A stretch of DNA of 64,000 nt, taken from positions 62,744,001 to 62,808,000 of the forward strand of contig OX597818.1 of the NCBI GenBank assembly GCA_951406725.2. The letters run 5' to 3'. Both the position numbers and the translations under genes were made by a program. Each line of letters begins with the position of its first letter. Position 1 is the stretch's first letter. The stretch comes from Octopus vulgaris (lineage: Eukaryota). The notes under the pieces are model-generated. The model searched no databases and was not told the DNA's origin. It worked only from the letters and a program-made list of their open reading frames with translations. This document shows positions 38,523 through 51,056 of this stretch, one piece after another.

Positions 38523-40499
38523 AGTATATGTGTTTCGTTTGTGCTATGTTGTTAGTGTTACATGTTTTCTGTCTGGCCGGGATAGTAAAGATATGACCTG
38601 TATGTTTTGCATTATATGAAGGTCTAGCAACATTGTAGAATCCATATTGTTGATATGAAAGTGCCGGATGTTAATCATGCGTTAGGTTCTTTTATTGTTT
38701 ATTGATTATAAAGAGGATATACTGTGTTACATTATTTGGTGGCAATTACATCGAGTACGCACGTCTTGGAATGTTGATTTGTATGGCGTGCAAAGTACTG
38801 CTTCACTTGTTCCAGCGAATTGTGAATCTTTTGTCTAGGATGAGATATATAACTAACAAACCAATCTTTTCCACTGTTTAGAAAATTGGGACCTTGTATA
38901 TTTATTTATTCATTTAATGTTTTTGTTCATATTATTTAATCGCACATATTTCTTAGTTATTTTCCATATTCTTATATATTCGTGCCTTCTTTTATGCTTA
39001 GGAGCAGAAAGATCACCCTCCAGACAACTTGTTGCTAGTTGCTAAGTGGTATTCACACATTTGATCCTTAATTTGTGTAACGTTTCTTATTCGTTTCGTC
39101 TAACTTTTATTTGGTTACTTTATTTATTTATACTTAGCCACTCAGTAAATTTAGGGCATAACAACAGAATTATGCCCTACCGAATTGATTTCATCATAAC
39201 TTTCTGAAAATGGAAGGTTCTACAAATAAGTTTCAGATGGTCCAGATTACGATTAAATCGGAATTTTTGGCGAAAAACTTTTGGGAAGAGAAGTTCCGGA
39301 TTATTCACTCATATCAAGATTGTTTCTTTAAAGCTTTGAGAAATATGGATATTTAAAGCAAAAATATTCTACAAATAAATTTGAGATGGTTTAGATTCCA
39401 ATTATATGGGAATTGAGTGTGGCAATATTAAAGGGGAATCAGATATTTCATGCAACTCAACTTTGTTTCCTCATTACTTTGATTTATTACAATTTTGTTG
39501 AAGAATCCCTTATGATTCCTGCCATATTTTTTAACAAACTAAAGAGAGAGGCTAAGATTGTGATGAAATTATAGAGATAAATACTAAATAATTATTGCCA
39601 AAATTCTATTCCACCTTTTACAAATATTGCCTTCGGAGAATTATTTGGAAAAAGTGGAATATTTCTCAGTATTATTTTTTTCAACATAATCTTAATGAAA
39701 TAATCAAAATGTTTGACGGAGGGATAATTGAGAAACGTGAAATATCCCCATCGCCATATCTTTTATATTAATTTCTGATATAAACATAATCTACATAATC
39801 TGGAATGTATGTGTAGAACATTTCATTAAAAAACGCTATTTTCTTGTAAGTTATGAGGGGACACAGTTGGAGGCGAGGCACCGTTCTGTAGTTAATACCC
39901 AATGGGTGTAAGGGGATTGAAGCCAATTTTCTTCTCCATCTCTCCCTTCTGCAACACTACGCTACAGATATGAAGGGATACCTGAATCAATGTATTTATG
40001 TTGAGGCTATAATACGTAGAATGTAGCTTTGTCAACACTTGGGCAGTCTTTATATTTCTGAAATTGTAAAGAAACGTTGAAATGCGTTACCCTGCACTAA
40101 ATTGAGATATTCCATTGAATAAGATTTGCGAAACGTAAGAGTCATTAAATATCGTATTTTCATAAAAAAATGTATTGAATCTAGAAATTATAAACAGTCT
40201 AGAATTTTCTTTTTGTAAAAGTTTCATAATTCTTACTAATTAATAAGTAGCTTTCTTTATTATAAAATAGTTTACAATTCCCAGAATCTTGGTGATTTCT
40301 TCACTTGTCATCAGATAAATATTTCGTCAGAATGAATCGAGATGTGTTTCAAATTACAAATACTTTCGGTCTAGTCTTAGAACATATATGGATGGATTTC
40401 CTTCGAACGGTCATAGACCCCTGCAGAAATTTCTGGACAATATGAAGGCGTGATATCTGTGAGTTACATACACTTTGGTAGCTCATATCTTTGACGGTA

Positions 40500-42060
40500 C
40501 CATAGTTCTAGAAAAACAAAATAAATAGGGACGAAAAAGATAGCGACTTGGTATATGTACTGTGATGTCTACCTAGACTATCCTCCTGAACCCTCGGACT
40601 TCAACACAGAGTGTTGAGAAACACAGTGGAAGAGAAGAATGGAAGGAGTTATAGAATAGAGAGATATGAAGTAATTTTATTTGAAATACAATGAAATGGT
40701 CTGCGGAAATTCTTAAAAAATCGCGCTGATTTAAAAGAAAAGTCTAACAAATATGACACTTGTAACAGCAATAAAAGAGGAATTAAAACAAAAGTCTTAA
40801 CCGAAACCAATCAAGTTGAAAATATGCACGAACAAAGAATAAATCAAGGCAAAACCGCATAATCAATATGAATACGAAACTGATATTATATTCGTTTAAT
40901 GGGAATGAAAGGTCATGTTTGATATGCAAGAAAATATGTTCTAAAGAAAAAGTTGGAGCGAAAGAAAGATTCAAAATACGGAAAGTAAATGGTTAAAGTC
41001 ACTAACAAATGATATGAAAACCAATAAGCAGGAAAATATATGCATGCTGCCAACAAATGTTAAATAAGAAGGTTGTAGAATCCCCATATGAAATGTACTA
41101 CGTCCTGATAGCATTCAAGGGATTTTCGTCAAAGAAATTTAAATCTTTACTTGAGAGAATTGGGAGAATATCTGAGGAACTGAATAGGATAATACACAAG
41201 GAATATAGGTCAAAATTCTTGGACGATAGCAAAGATTGAAAAACTATTTTATACTTAAAAACAGCATTAATGGGAGAAGCCTGTTACTACTTTTGCCTAG
41301 TGCATGTAGAAACTATTGTCTCTGGTTTTTGCAGATAATTGTGTATTTATTTCATGAAGCAGGAAACGTGGGAACAAAAAATGTTCGTAGGAATAGTAGA
41401 GGTATTAAATATCAAGTTTTAATAGATAAAATGTTATCAAATGATTGTAAGAGAAGTCATGTAATCGTTGAATTGGCTTTGGCAGATTGCAACAAAAAAG
41501 ATAAGCTTTATTTTTTTCACTTGTGGATAACATTGTGCATGGGATTACTAGATTGACATTAGGAATCAATGGCTTCATTAGATAGAGCACAGAAAACTAC
41601 ATAATAGTCTTACGTCATCAGGAGTGTTCCAGGGAAAGAACGAAATAAATAAGGGGAGATTTTATCATTGCCATTGTTTATTGAGAGCTCTATTTGACAT
41701 GGATTTTTTGCTAAGAGTTTTGATGATACCACGTAGGGAAACAAAAACAGTCAACAAAAGGAAATATAAAGAAAATTAGAAATACTGGCAAAGGCACTAT
41801 ACAATTCGAGCCGAGATGGAAAGATACATGTGTGTGGTATGAGTAAAGCTTTCCTTTGGGAATAATCCGAATGCATTTAAAGAAATAGTATATGTTAAGT
41901 ATCTTTAAATGCAGAGGAAACAACAGCACATTTATTTTTCGTTTTGCTCAATCTGAATCAAGAGGTTATGTATCCGCCGGCACTTTCGAATAGAAGGTAC
42001 AATTCACTAGGCATTATCTGCAGTTAAACCTACATTTCGTTATTAAGCTAATGCATTTAT
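40500..42060 (+). pseudogene. Highly degraded CR1/L2-like LINE ORF2 remnant
   Basis: Scattered collinear motif traces: LN.KK...P, ADCNKKDK (cf. DF.KAFD.), tcatcaggagtgttccaggga (cf. SGVPQG). Many stops and frameshifts. Confidence 0.4.
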
Positions 42061-42199
42061 AATGGTTCTCACTCTTTCTTTTGTATGCAATAACATTTAG
42101 GCATTTGTTCACGCCATTTGTGGGTGCTAGGTAGCGTCCACTTCACAAATCTAGATATTTGTAATTTACTTCACAATCCAATTGCCTGTATACTTTACG

Positions 42200-42400
42200 T
42201 TTTCAGGAATATTCCTTGAAAACTCAGCGTGTTGCACAATTATCAAGGACGAACTCCAATCCAATACCATCACTGAACTGTTTACCATATTTAAAAGGCA
42301 ATCCCCGTTGCTGATCATCTTTCGAGAAAAGCTTTACATCATCCATTAAATAGAGGTGAATCATTTCTAAGTTGCATAATCTGTATCTGTGTTTTGCGTC
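42200..42400 (-). pseudogene. R4/Dong-like reverse transcriptase fragment
   Basis: ORF 42224-42454: IHLYLMDDVKLFSK...KQFSDGIGLEFVLDNCA (cf. HLLYMDDLKL...FS.DIGM.FG..KCA). Confidence 0.78.
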
Positions 42401-42732
42401 ATTAACTTTGCTTTTCATCGGTTCCGGTTGATAACATAAATACCAGTGGCACACTTGGTCGCTGAAATCGATTAATCTCGTCTCATCAATTTTCAGGTTT
42501 TGTGCGTATAGTAGAAAGGATTGTTATTATCGCTAAGAAGGCGGCAAGCTGGCAGAATCGTTAGCACGCTGGTTGGAGTGTTTTATATTTTATTATATAT
42601 ATATAATCTCATGGATTACTATGTGTTGATCGTTGCCAAAAATCACACCAACTAGCCTGCCTGTATATATATATATGTGTGTGTGTGTGCGTGTATGTTT
42701 ATGTGTGTGCACGCGTGTGTATGTGTGCATGT

Positions 42733-43075
42733 GTGTGAAGGTACATGGTTCAGTGGTTCAAGCATCGGGTTAACAATCATGCGTAGTGAGGTCCGATCCC
42801 GGACCAGGCTCCGTGTTGTTTTCTTGAGCAAGACACTTTATCTCATATTTCTCCAGTTCAGTCAACTGTAGAAATGAATTGTAACTTCACTGGAGCCAAG
42901 CTGTCTTGACCTCTGCTTTTCCCTTTGATAACATCGGTGGCGTGGAGAGGGGAGGCTGGTATGCATGGGCGACTGCTGGTATTCCATAAGCAACCTTGCT
43001 TGGACTTGTTCCTCGAAGGGAAAGTTTCTAGGTGCAACATCATGCTCATTGATGACCAAAGGGGACATTTACCCT
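42733..43075 (+). mobile_element. Older tRNA-derived SINE with a CORE-like segment
   Basis: Head tggttcagtggtt...ggtccgatccc, then gttgttttcttgagcaagacacttt. Confidence 0.72.
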
Positions 43076-43169
43076 ATATATATATATATAATATACTTGT
43101 CACTATTGGCTGAAGTAAGTGCAGGAATTACAGGAGTTGGTGAATTCGGTCATCAGATGAAGGTAGTTA

Positions 43170-43555
43170 GGTGTAAATACTAAACTTTCCATCTTAAATT
43201 CGGCGTTCGTGCTACCCTTAGTTCCGGTCATGATTCTTGGGTAGTAACTGAAAGAATACGATCGCAAATACAAGGGGCGGAAAAGGGGTTCCTCCGAAAG
43301 GATTTTCCAATTAACGTTACACGATAGATTGCGTAGTTCTGATGTCAGAGTGACGTTCCTGGTAGAGCCGCTACTTTGCTGATCTGAGATATCACAACTC
43401 CGATACTACGGACAAATAGTAAATATGTTTCAGGTAAGAATCGCTGCCAAAAACCATCTGGCGGGAGACCCAGGAGCAGACCACAAGCAATAAATTTTGG
43501 ATGTCATCCATGAGCCTTGTCTGTCTGGTTCGAGGATCCAGCCGGACGAACTGGA
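43170..43555 (+). pseudogene. RTE-clade LINE ORF 3' remnant
   Basis: SGHDSWVVTERIRSQIQGAEKGFLR...TLHDRLRSSDVR...VEPLL...ISQLRYYG (cf. YG.ESW......I.AAEM.FLRR). Confidence 0.75.
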
Positions 43556-43696
43556 TACTACTAGGTCTCCAGTAACAACTCACCTTTGTTCTCAGTCTTC
43601 AGGTGTTACAACTGCTTATTACGATTTCTTTATGCTTAGCAAATTTATCAGTCCATGCCAGGTATACTTTTGACAGATGGCAGGTATACTCTTGAA

Positions 43697-43929
43697 GGCG
43701 GCGAGCTGGCAGAATCGTTAGCACGCTGGGCGAAATGCGTAGCCGTATTTCGTCTGCCGTTACGTTCTGAGTTCAAAAACCGCCGAGGTCGACTTTGCCT
43801 TTCATCCTTTCGGGGTCGATAAATTAAGTACCAGTTACGCACTGGAGTCGATATAATCGAATTAATCCGTTCGTCTGTCCTTGTTGGTCCTTTCTGTGTT
43901 TAGCCCCTTGTGGATAGTAAAGAAATAGG
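43697..43929 (+). mobile_element. SINE family B monomer
   Basis: High identity to the first unit of the 15056 copy. Confidence 0.93.
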
Positions 43930-44372
43930 TATACTTTTGTCAGATGGTAGTGACTTATTTATATGTTGATGCCTTTTCCTAAGCTGTTGGCATCAACTGT
44001 ACGATCAGTATCTACTGTAAAATTCCAAAGGATGGTAACGGCGTTGCTTTCCACTACTCGTTTAGGTTGGTCTTCACACCAGCTTTCTGTGTGTCCATTA
44101 GCGTGGCTGTTAGACAAATACCACTGAATATATTGATCAATTCTGTCGCGCCTAGCTTTGTATTCGGTTGGAGCCAGGTCTGGTCTCGATATAGCCGATG
44201 TTCAACTGTCATGTTCAAACAAGACTCTGCACTTGTTTGTTTTTGAGGATGTTAGCATAACAGGTTTTTGCATATGGACTGTGGTACTGGGCATCAATAA
44301 TGAATTCGTCTGTTTCTGCCTTCAAACCTGACCTCCACAGTCACTGTAGCATCTCTAAGTGCTGTATAACAA

Positions 44373-44789
44373 CCTATTTCTTTTCTACCCACAAGGGGCT
44401 AAACACTGAGAGGACAAACACGGACAGGCAAACGGATTAAGTCGAATATATCGACTCCAGTGCGTAACTGGTACTTATCTAATCGACCCCGAAAGGATGA
44501 AAGGCAAAGTCGACCTCGGCGGAATTTGAACTCAGAACGTAGCGGCTAATGAAATACCTATTTCTTTATTACCCACAAGGAGCTAAACACTGAGAGGACA
44601 AACACGGACAGGCAAACGGATTAAGTCGAATATGTCGACTCCAGTGCGTAACTGGTACTTATCTAATCGACCCCGAAAGAATGAAAGGCAAAGTCGACCT
44701 CGGCGGAATTTGAACTCAGAACGTAGCGGCAGACGAAATAATGCTAAGCATTTCGCCCGGCGTGCTAACGATTCTGCCAGCTCGCCGCC
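44373..44789 (-). mobile_element. SINE family B dimer
   Basis: Two core units on the minus strand; junction gaaatac|ctatttctt at ~44557. Confidence 0.93.
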
Positions 44790-45005
44790 TTACTGTACAT
44801 CAACCTCCAGGGTGAGGTGCAAGTAATGACCAGAGAAAGTTTTGTACCACCATCTAACTTTCAAGGTCGTAAGTCCTGCTTTTCCTTCCATTCTATGCAT
44901 TTTATGTAACTTGTTGATATTAAGTCACCAGTAGTGTTCTCTTTTTCATTATGCGTAAATATGATTCTTTATTTCCTGAGTAGAGTTTTTTCAGTGATTC
45001 ATGAT

Positions 45006-45417
45006 CTCTCTTTACTCTTTTACTTGTTTCAGTCATTTGACTGCGGCCATGCTGGAGCACCGCCTTTAGTCGAGCAAATCGACCCCGGGACTTATTCTTT
45101 GTAAGCCCACTACTTATTCTATCGGTCTCTTTTGCCGAACCGCTAAGTGACGGGGACGTAAACACACCAGCATCGGTTGTCAAGCAATGCTAAGGGGACA
45201 AACACAGACACACAAACACATACACACGTACATACATATACATATATATATATATATATATACATATATACGACAGGGTTCTTTCAGTTTCCGTCTACCA
45301 ACACCACTCACAAGGCATTGGTCGGCCTGGGGCTATAGCAGAAGACACTTGTCCAAGGTGCCACGCAGTGGGACTGAACGCGGAACCATGTGGCTGGTTA
45401 GCAAGCTACTTACCACA
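45006..45417 (-). mobile_element. SINE family A copy
   Basis: High identity to 22500-22935. Confidence 0.93.
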
Positions 45418-45644
45418 ATCATCCAGTCATTGTTTTTGCTCAAGCCCAATTGCAGACCAGCTGTGGTCGTTTTCAAGAGAGTTCCAACTGGGTTAGCTCT
45501 AAACGCGGGCCGACCTAAACTTTGTGAGGGGAAAGTACTAGGCTAAAAAAAACTTAATAGCATCGATTCAATCGGCTAAATCATCGGTAATGTATTGCAC
45601 AAGAACGGCCACAGTCTAACGAATGAAACGAGTAAATGATAAAC

Positions 45645-45861
45645 GATTATTATTACCATCATCATCATCATCATCCTTCTTCTTCTTCTTGTTATTGTTG
45701 TTGTTGTTGTTGTTCTTCTTCTTCTTCTTCTTCTTCTTCTTCATATTGTTATTATTATTATTATTGTTGTTGTTGTTATTATTATTATTATTATCATTAT
45801 TATAATAATAATAATTATTATTATTATTATTATTATTAGATTATTATTATTGTTGTTGTTG

Positions 45862-45932
<71 letters not shown>
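45645..45932. repeat. Compound (TTA)/(ATC)/(TTC)/(TTG) trinucleotide tract
   Basis: Directly visible. Confidence 0.96.
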
Positions 45933-46054
45933 GCTGTACATCGTCCCCTGGTTTTCGGGAAATAATTTCAAGTATATGTCAAGGGATTATGTCAGCTAAA
46001 TGACTTGTTTTCTCCTTCAAAATTATGCATGACCTTGATTTCTAATGGATTACT

Positions 46055-46133
46055 ACCACCAAACACCACCATCATCACCACCATCACCACTAACAACGCC
46101 ACCACCACCACTACCACTACTATCACCACCACC

Positions 46134-46167
<34 letters not shown>

Positions 46168-46190
46168 CCACCACCACCACCACCACCACC

Positions 46191-46221
<31 letters not shown>

Positions 46222-46240
46222 CCATCATCATCATCGCCGT
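46055..46240. repeat. (CAC)n/(CAT)n tract
   Basis: Directly visible. Confidence 0.96.
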
Positions 46241-47498
46241 CGCCATTGTTAGAGAGAATATTTTTGAAGCTGTGTTATTTATGTATGTTAAGTTTGTTTT
46301 TCTCTAATCGAATTTAAATGTCTTGCCATTATTATATTGTTATTATATCCACGAAAAATAAAGGGGTTTTATTTAGAGGAAGAAATGGTGAGTTGTTAAT
46401 TGCTATTTATTTCTACTTTCGTTGCAGGAATTCCTTTTGAACATGGTTAACTTTGCAACATTGTGAGAATGATTCTCATAAACGTAGCTGCTTACTTCCT
46501 CTTTGAGAGGATGAAGAAAAACAAGCACAAACCATTTTGTTCAGTAGGAGCAATTGTCCAAATTGCTGCAATAATATTAATACAATCACCGGGTCGCAAA
46601 TATTGCATGAACAAAATATGATTTCTAGTTTTGTCATGTGGGAAGAAATTTTGGGAAATAAATTGCATTTTTGAGTTGATGTGAATGACAGAGAATTACA
46701 GGGTAATCGCGTGTGGTTCTGGCAACCAAATTCGAAATGTAGTGGGCAGAAATGTCAGGTGATTCATTTATGTGGAGAAGCAGCGAATATAACTGAATCA
46801 GTCATTACACGAACACTGTGAATAGGAACTCCAGAAAAATCAATAGCCGTATTCTAAAAAACGTAGCAGTCGCGGTTGTCTCACGCAATCTGTCTCTATA
46901 TTGTCAAATAAGACTGTCGATGAAACTCGCTATTTACGTTTGTAGAAAAGAATAGGATAATCTCTTGTAGCACCCAAAGCATTGAAGAGGTACTAAAGCC
47001 ACTGGAAACAGTATTTACCTCTCTAGCTGTACATTAACTAGAAACATCAGATCTGATCATGAACAGTATGTCACATAACGAGTTGGTAAAAATAAAGTTC
47101 GAAAGAGAATGCATATTTCAGAGAATAGAAGGATTAACTTTCTGGAAAGAAACCAATTTAACTACAAACTCTAGAAAAGTCAACGTGAACTCTCTACGGC
47201 AAAAGAAACCGAAATTAAGAATTTAGATCTGCTAGATGTCGAGGAATATCTACAAGATGTCAAAGACAGCTTTCTCATTGTAGGGCCGTTCGTTGTAGCA
47301 TTTCATCCAACTAGAATATAACTTCTCCCTCAAAAAACTGCCACTTCTCCTCTTCATTTTCACTGAGATGTCCATATTTAACTAACAACTAATCCTTTTG
47401 GGAGGATGAGGTTTGAGTTGCCGTAGCTAAAGATGTGTGTGCCTAAACTGAGCTTCAACATTTGTACTTATTGCTCAATGATGAGTAAATTAAGAAAA

Positions 47499-47713
47499 GC
47501 ACTGCATCCTTCCAAATGTCCATGCTTCCTGAAATTCACCAACACTACACCTGATTTTCTCCGCTCCATACAAGCGCAAGCATGTATCTGACTCATACAC
47601 TGTTCCCTTTCCAGACATTTATACATTACTGCATATGCTTTATACGCACTTTTGACAAGTTGTGGTGCACCTGAGCACTGTATACAATAATTTCATTATT
47701 ATTATTATCATTA
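47499..47713 (+). mobile_element. CR1/L2-like LINE 3' end with (TTA)n tail
   Basis: Matches 12868-13050; ends tacaataatttcattattattatt. Confidence 0.72.
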
Positions 47714-48508
47714 CTTTTTTTTCTTCTTTCAAATTTGCTTCCATTTCTTGCCGAGTGTCTTCCCGACTCCTAGGGCAAATAAACTCATAGTATACATTGG
47801 TAGGCCATTAAACTGAACTCAATAGTTCGTTCATTTTTTTTTTAAAGTTAAATTAAAATACATGTGTAGTAATAATTCTCACATCGACAATGCTCTTCTC
47901 AATACGTGTGATGTACCAGTTAAGACAATCTTTTGCACTTCTTGCAGGGATGGTAAGCCAGGGATCATTCTCATATAATTTTCGGTTCCCTTCTTGATCA
48001 TTCCTAGTGCTCCTACTATCACTGGTATTGTAACCGCCTTCAGATGCCACATTTTCTCAAATTCAATGAGTAGGTCTTTATATTTTCTGAGCTTGTCAAA
48101 CTCTTTCGCTGAGATATTATGATCACAGGGGATGCTCATGTCGATCAATAAGCAAACTTAATTGTTTTGGTCTTTCACAACAATATCTGGTTTATTGGCC
48201 TTGATGGTTCGGTCTGTATGTACTGGAAAGTCCCACAGAATGGTTACATTTTCTCCTTTAGTTACAGCCTCAGGGTGGTGATTATACCACTTGTCAGCAG
48301 TTTTGATATTGTAATGCAGACTTATTAGCCAGTGGAGATATTGGCCAACTCTGTCATGTCTTAATTTATACTCCACTGGAGCTAAGACTTTACATCCAGA
48401 GATTAGGTGGTCCACTGTTTCAATCATGTCGTTGCAGAATCGGCATTTTGGGTCTGCTCCATTTTTCATCACGTTGGCCTGGTAGTTCCGGGTTAATAGG
48501 CTTTGATC

Positions 48509-48510
<2 letters not shown>
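47714..48510 (-). mobile_element. 5'-truncated R4/Dong-like non-LTR retrotransposon (CCHC knuckle + restriction-like endonuclease + 3' UTR)
   Basis: DQSLLTRNYQ...CRFCNDMIETVDHLISGC...RHDRV...ANKPDIVV...[single in-frame TAA at 48158-48160]...IDMSIP...KYKDL...VIVGALG; flanked on both sides by (TAA)n, the known Dong target. Confidence 0.92.
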
Positions 48511-48552
<42 letters not shown>

Positions 48553-48695
48553 AATGGCATGATAGGCTTCCCATGTTCAGATGTAGATCAGTTATAGGCA
48601 GATAATGGTTGTGTGGTAACGTGGTGTGTTTAAATATATTTACAAACCATTTGGGTAAGATAACTCAGTTAATATAACAGTATAACAACAACGAG

Positions 48696-48905
48696 GGCGG
48701 TGAGCTGGCGGCGTGGTTAGCACGCCGGTCAAAGAGCAGAGCGGCTTCATCCGGCTTTATGTTCTGAATTCAAATTCTGCCGAGATAGACTTTGCCTTTC
48801 ATGTTTTTTGGGTCGATATGTACCAGCTGAGCACTGGGGTCGATCTCATCGACTTAACCGCTTCCAGGAAATTACTGACCTTGTGTCAATATTGGAAACC
48901 AATAA
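48696..48905 (+). mobile_element. Older SINE family B monomer
   Basis: ggcggtgagctggc...ttcaaattctgccgag..gactttgcctttcat. Confidence 0.8.
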
Positions 48906-49027
48906 AGTAACAAATATTGCATTCTACATAAAATCCTCGCCCACCACAAAAAAAGAAGGAAATTCTGAAACGGTCTTTGTTCAGTCTCTTCATTCTCGGG
49001 ATTTGTAATTACTCAAAAGGTATCTAC

Positions 49028-49260
49028 CTATTTTATTACTACCCACAAGGGGCTAAACACAGAGGGAACAAACAAGGACAGACAAGCGGATTAAGTCGAT
49101 TATATCAACCCCAGTGCGTAACTGGTACTTTATTTATCGACCCCGAAAGGATGAAAGGCAAAGTCGACCTCAGCAGAATTTGAACTCAGAACTTAACGGC
49201 AGACAAAATACGGCTACGCATTTCGCCCGGCGTGCTAACGTTTCTGCCAGCTCACCGTCT
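49028..49260 (-). mobile_element. SINE family B monomer with ~12-bp TSD
   Basis: Reverse-complement match to family B; aaaaggtatcta on both flanks. Confidence 0.92.
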
Positions 49261-49322
49261 TAAAAAGGTATCTATCGTAGAATACACAGGCGCAAGTGTT
49301 GTACCAGCTGACTGGAAATTTG

Positions 49323-49754
49323 GGATCGTTTCGGTTTGAACGGCAGTTTTTTCTAGGTGTGTTATATGAAATTTTCACCCATAATTATGACCCTAGTATC
49401 GATCTATTGCATTTCAATCTGTTTTAGAGTTAGGGTTAGTTAGGTCTAGGGTTAAAGGTGGGGCGAAGAGTATCTTTTTTTCTTCACAAATGTAAATAAA
49501 CCCAATGTGTTTCTTAAACAAGGGACATATTTATACAGCACAGAATGATTTTACCTCAATGAACGTAATTGATTGGTTGAAATTGCAGAAATTGAAGAAA
49601 AAAATCAACAAATATTTTACAAACTATAGAATTTTCTCAATAAAGCCAAGAGAAAAAGATGTTTTATAAACACATTCTACCAGTATACGAAGTTTAAAAT
49701 TTTTTAATTACTTAGAAATTATGTTAAAAACTGCCGTTCAAAGCGAAAAGATCC
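49323..49754. mobile_element. Non-autonomous DNA transposon with GG...CC termini and 8-bp TSD (Merlin-like, inferred)
   Basis: TSD gaaatttg at 49315-49322 and 49755-49762; ~28-bp TIRs ggatc.tttcg.tttgaacggcagttttt; internal ttagggtt-like motifs near 49425-49460. Confidence 0.9.
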
Positions 49755-51056
49755 GAAATTTGTCTTATGGAGCTTTTTCTAAAGATTTGTTTGTGATAAG
49801 GCGTGGGAGTTCGTTTACCCAAGCCTGGTCTCTACGGTGAGTGGGTGAGTAACAACATGGCCATCGATGCTCATAATGCAGACGACAACCGCGTGTGTTC
49901 TATTTTTTTTTTCATTCACAGATTAAACCATTTTCAATTACTTTACGTACTACTTAAAACAGATAATGACTGTTTATTGAATTTTATGAAATATGATAAT
50001 TAGCACTTTGCAGCTAAATTATAATGTTGTGCATGAAGACTCCACTTAGAATAAGCGAGGTATATTAACTATTAGCGTCACGAACTAAGCTAATAGATTC
50101 AAATCGGTGCTCGGCACTCTAATTTGCAGTGCCTTTAACACATGCAGCTATTAGAAGTGATGAGAATATCCATTTGTTAGTTAGTTGCATTTTATACTGA
50201 TTGCTCTATTCTGTTGACCAATACCGTTCTTATTGGTTTACACAATGATTCCATCTAGAAAATGAAATAATCTACGTTAAATGGCTAATAGCACAATATT
50301 CAGATTAAAACGGTAACGCATCGGGTTGTGTAAAAGGTGAACTGTACTCGTTAAATTGGATGAACTATTCTCGTATCCATGCAGAAGAACAATTACTAAA
50401 TGGAAGCAAAGAGAAAGGGAGATATTATTAGATGCTGTGTTTCTGAGAGTGAGTAAGCGGAAGAGAGATAGAGAGAGAGAGAGAGGTGAGAGAGGAAGTG
50501 AGAAAGAAAGAGGGTGATATGTATAGAGAGAAGAGTAACGAAGAAAAAAAAACAGAGTCAGCGGACGTGCTAGATGTTGTGGTGTATCATAACATGTGAT
50601 CGCATAATTGTTTCAAATCCTGTCTATAGGCAAGTCTTGCTAGAAAACAGGAGTGTCTTTGGTGAACAACGATAAAATTAAATGACTAAAGAGAAGTAAA
50701 TGAACCTAAAATTGTCTTTAAACAATTCTAAAAGTTCAAAAGCAATCAGCCACACGCAAACACACAAATTACGTAGAATTACTCACGTACACAAAACCGT
50801 TGACACAAATATCCATAAGAAAACTAATTCTCCACTCTTCCTAAATTCTAACGTCTTGTTCTAATAATTGTTTTACTGCATAACTTTTCCAACACTATAA
50901 TTTTAACAAACAACAATTTAAACAAAATTAAATATAGGATCGGTGCGAAGTTTTAGATTTGCAAAGGCAATTTTCTGTTTTAATATACTTATTAATTATC
51001 ACATGATATGGTCTAAAATTAAGATTATTTGAGAAAAGAAAAATGTCTTTTATAAA

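Larger units (their letters stand above)
43555..44870 (-). pseudogene. Older R4/Dong-like 3' ORF remnant interrupted by two family B SINEs
   Basis: Minus strand: WYKTFSGHY...LWRSGLKAETDEFIIDAQ...LAPTEYKARRDRIDQYIQW...VTILWNFTVDTDRTVDAN...PSDKSI, collinear with the 47879-48510 copy. Confidence 0.78.

Noticed and set aside
37860-38870. Possible Penelope thumb-region remnant (LNRCFRIFS) around the SINE B dimer
   Set aside because: A single weak motif; it cannot be supported without an alignment.
39217-39413. Two diverged ~47-bp direct repeats 150 bp apart
   Set aside because: The repeats are real but look like internal repeats of an old unidentified transposon; nothing further can be supported.
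49425-49460. TTAGGG-like motifs suggesting an interstitial telomere
   Set aside because: Only a few degenerate units, lying inside a TIR/TSD-bounded transposon.
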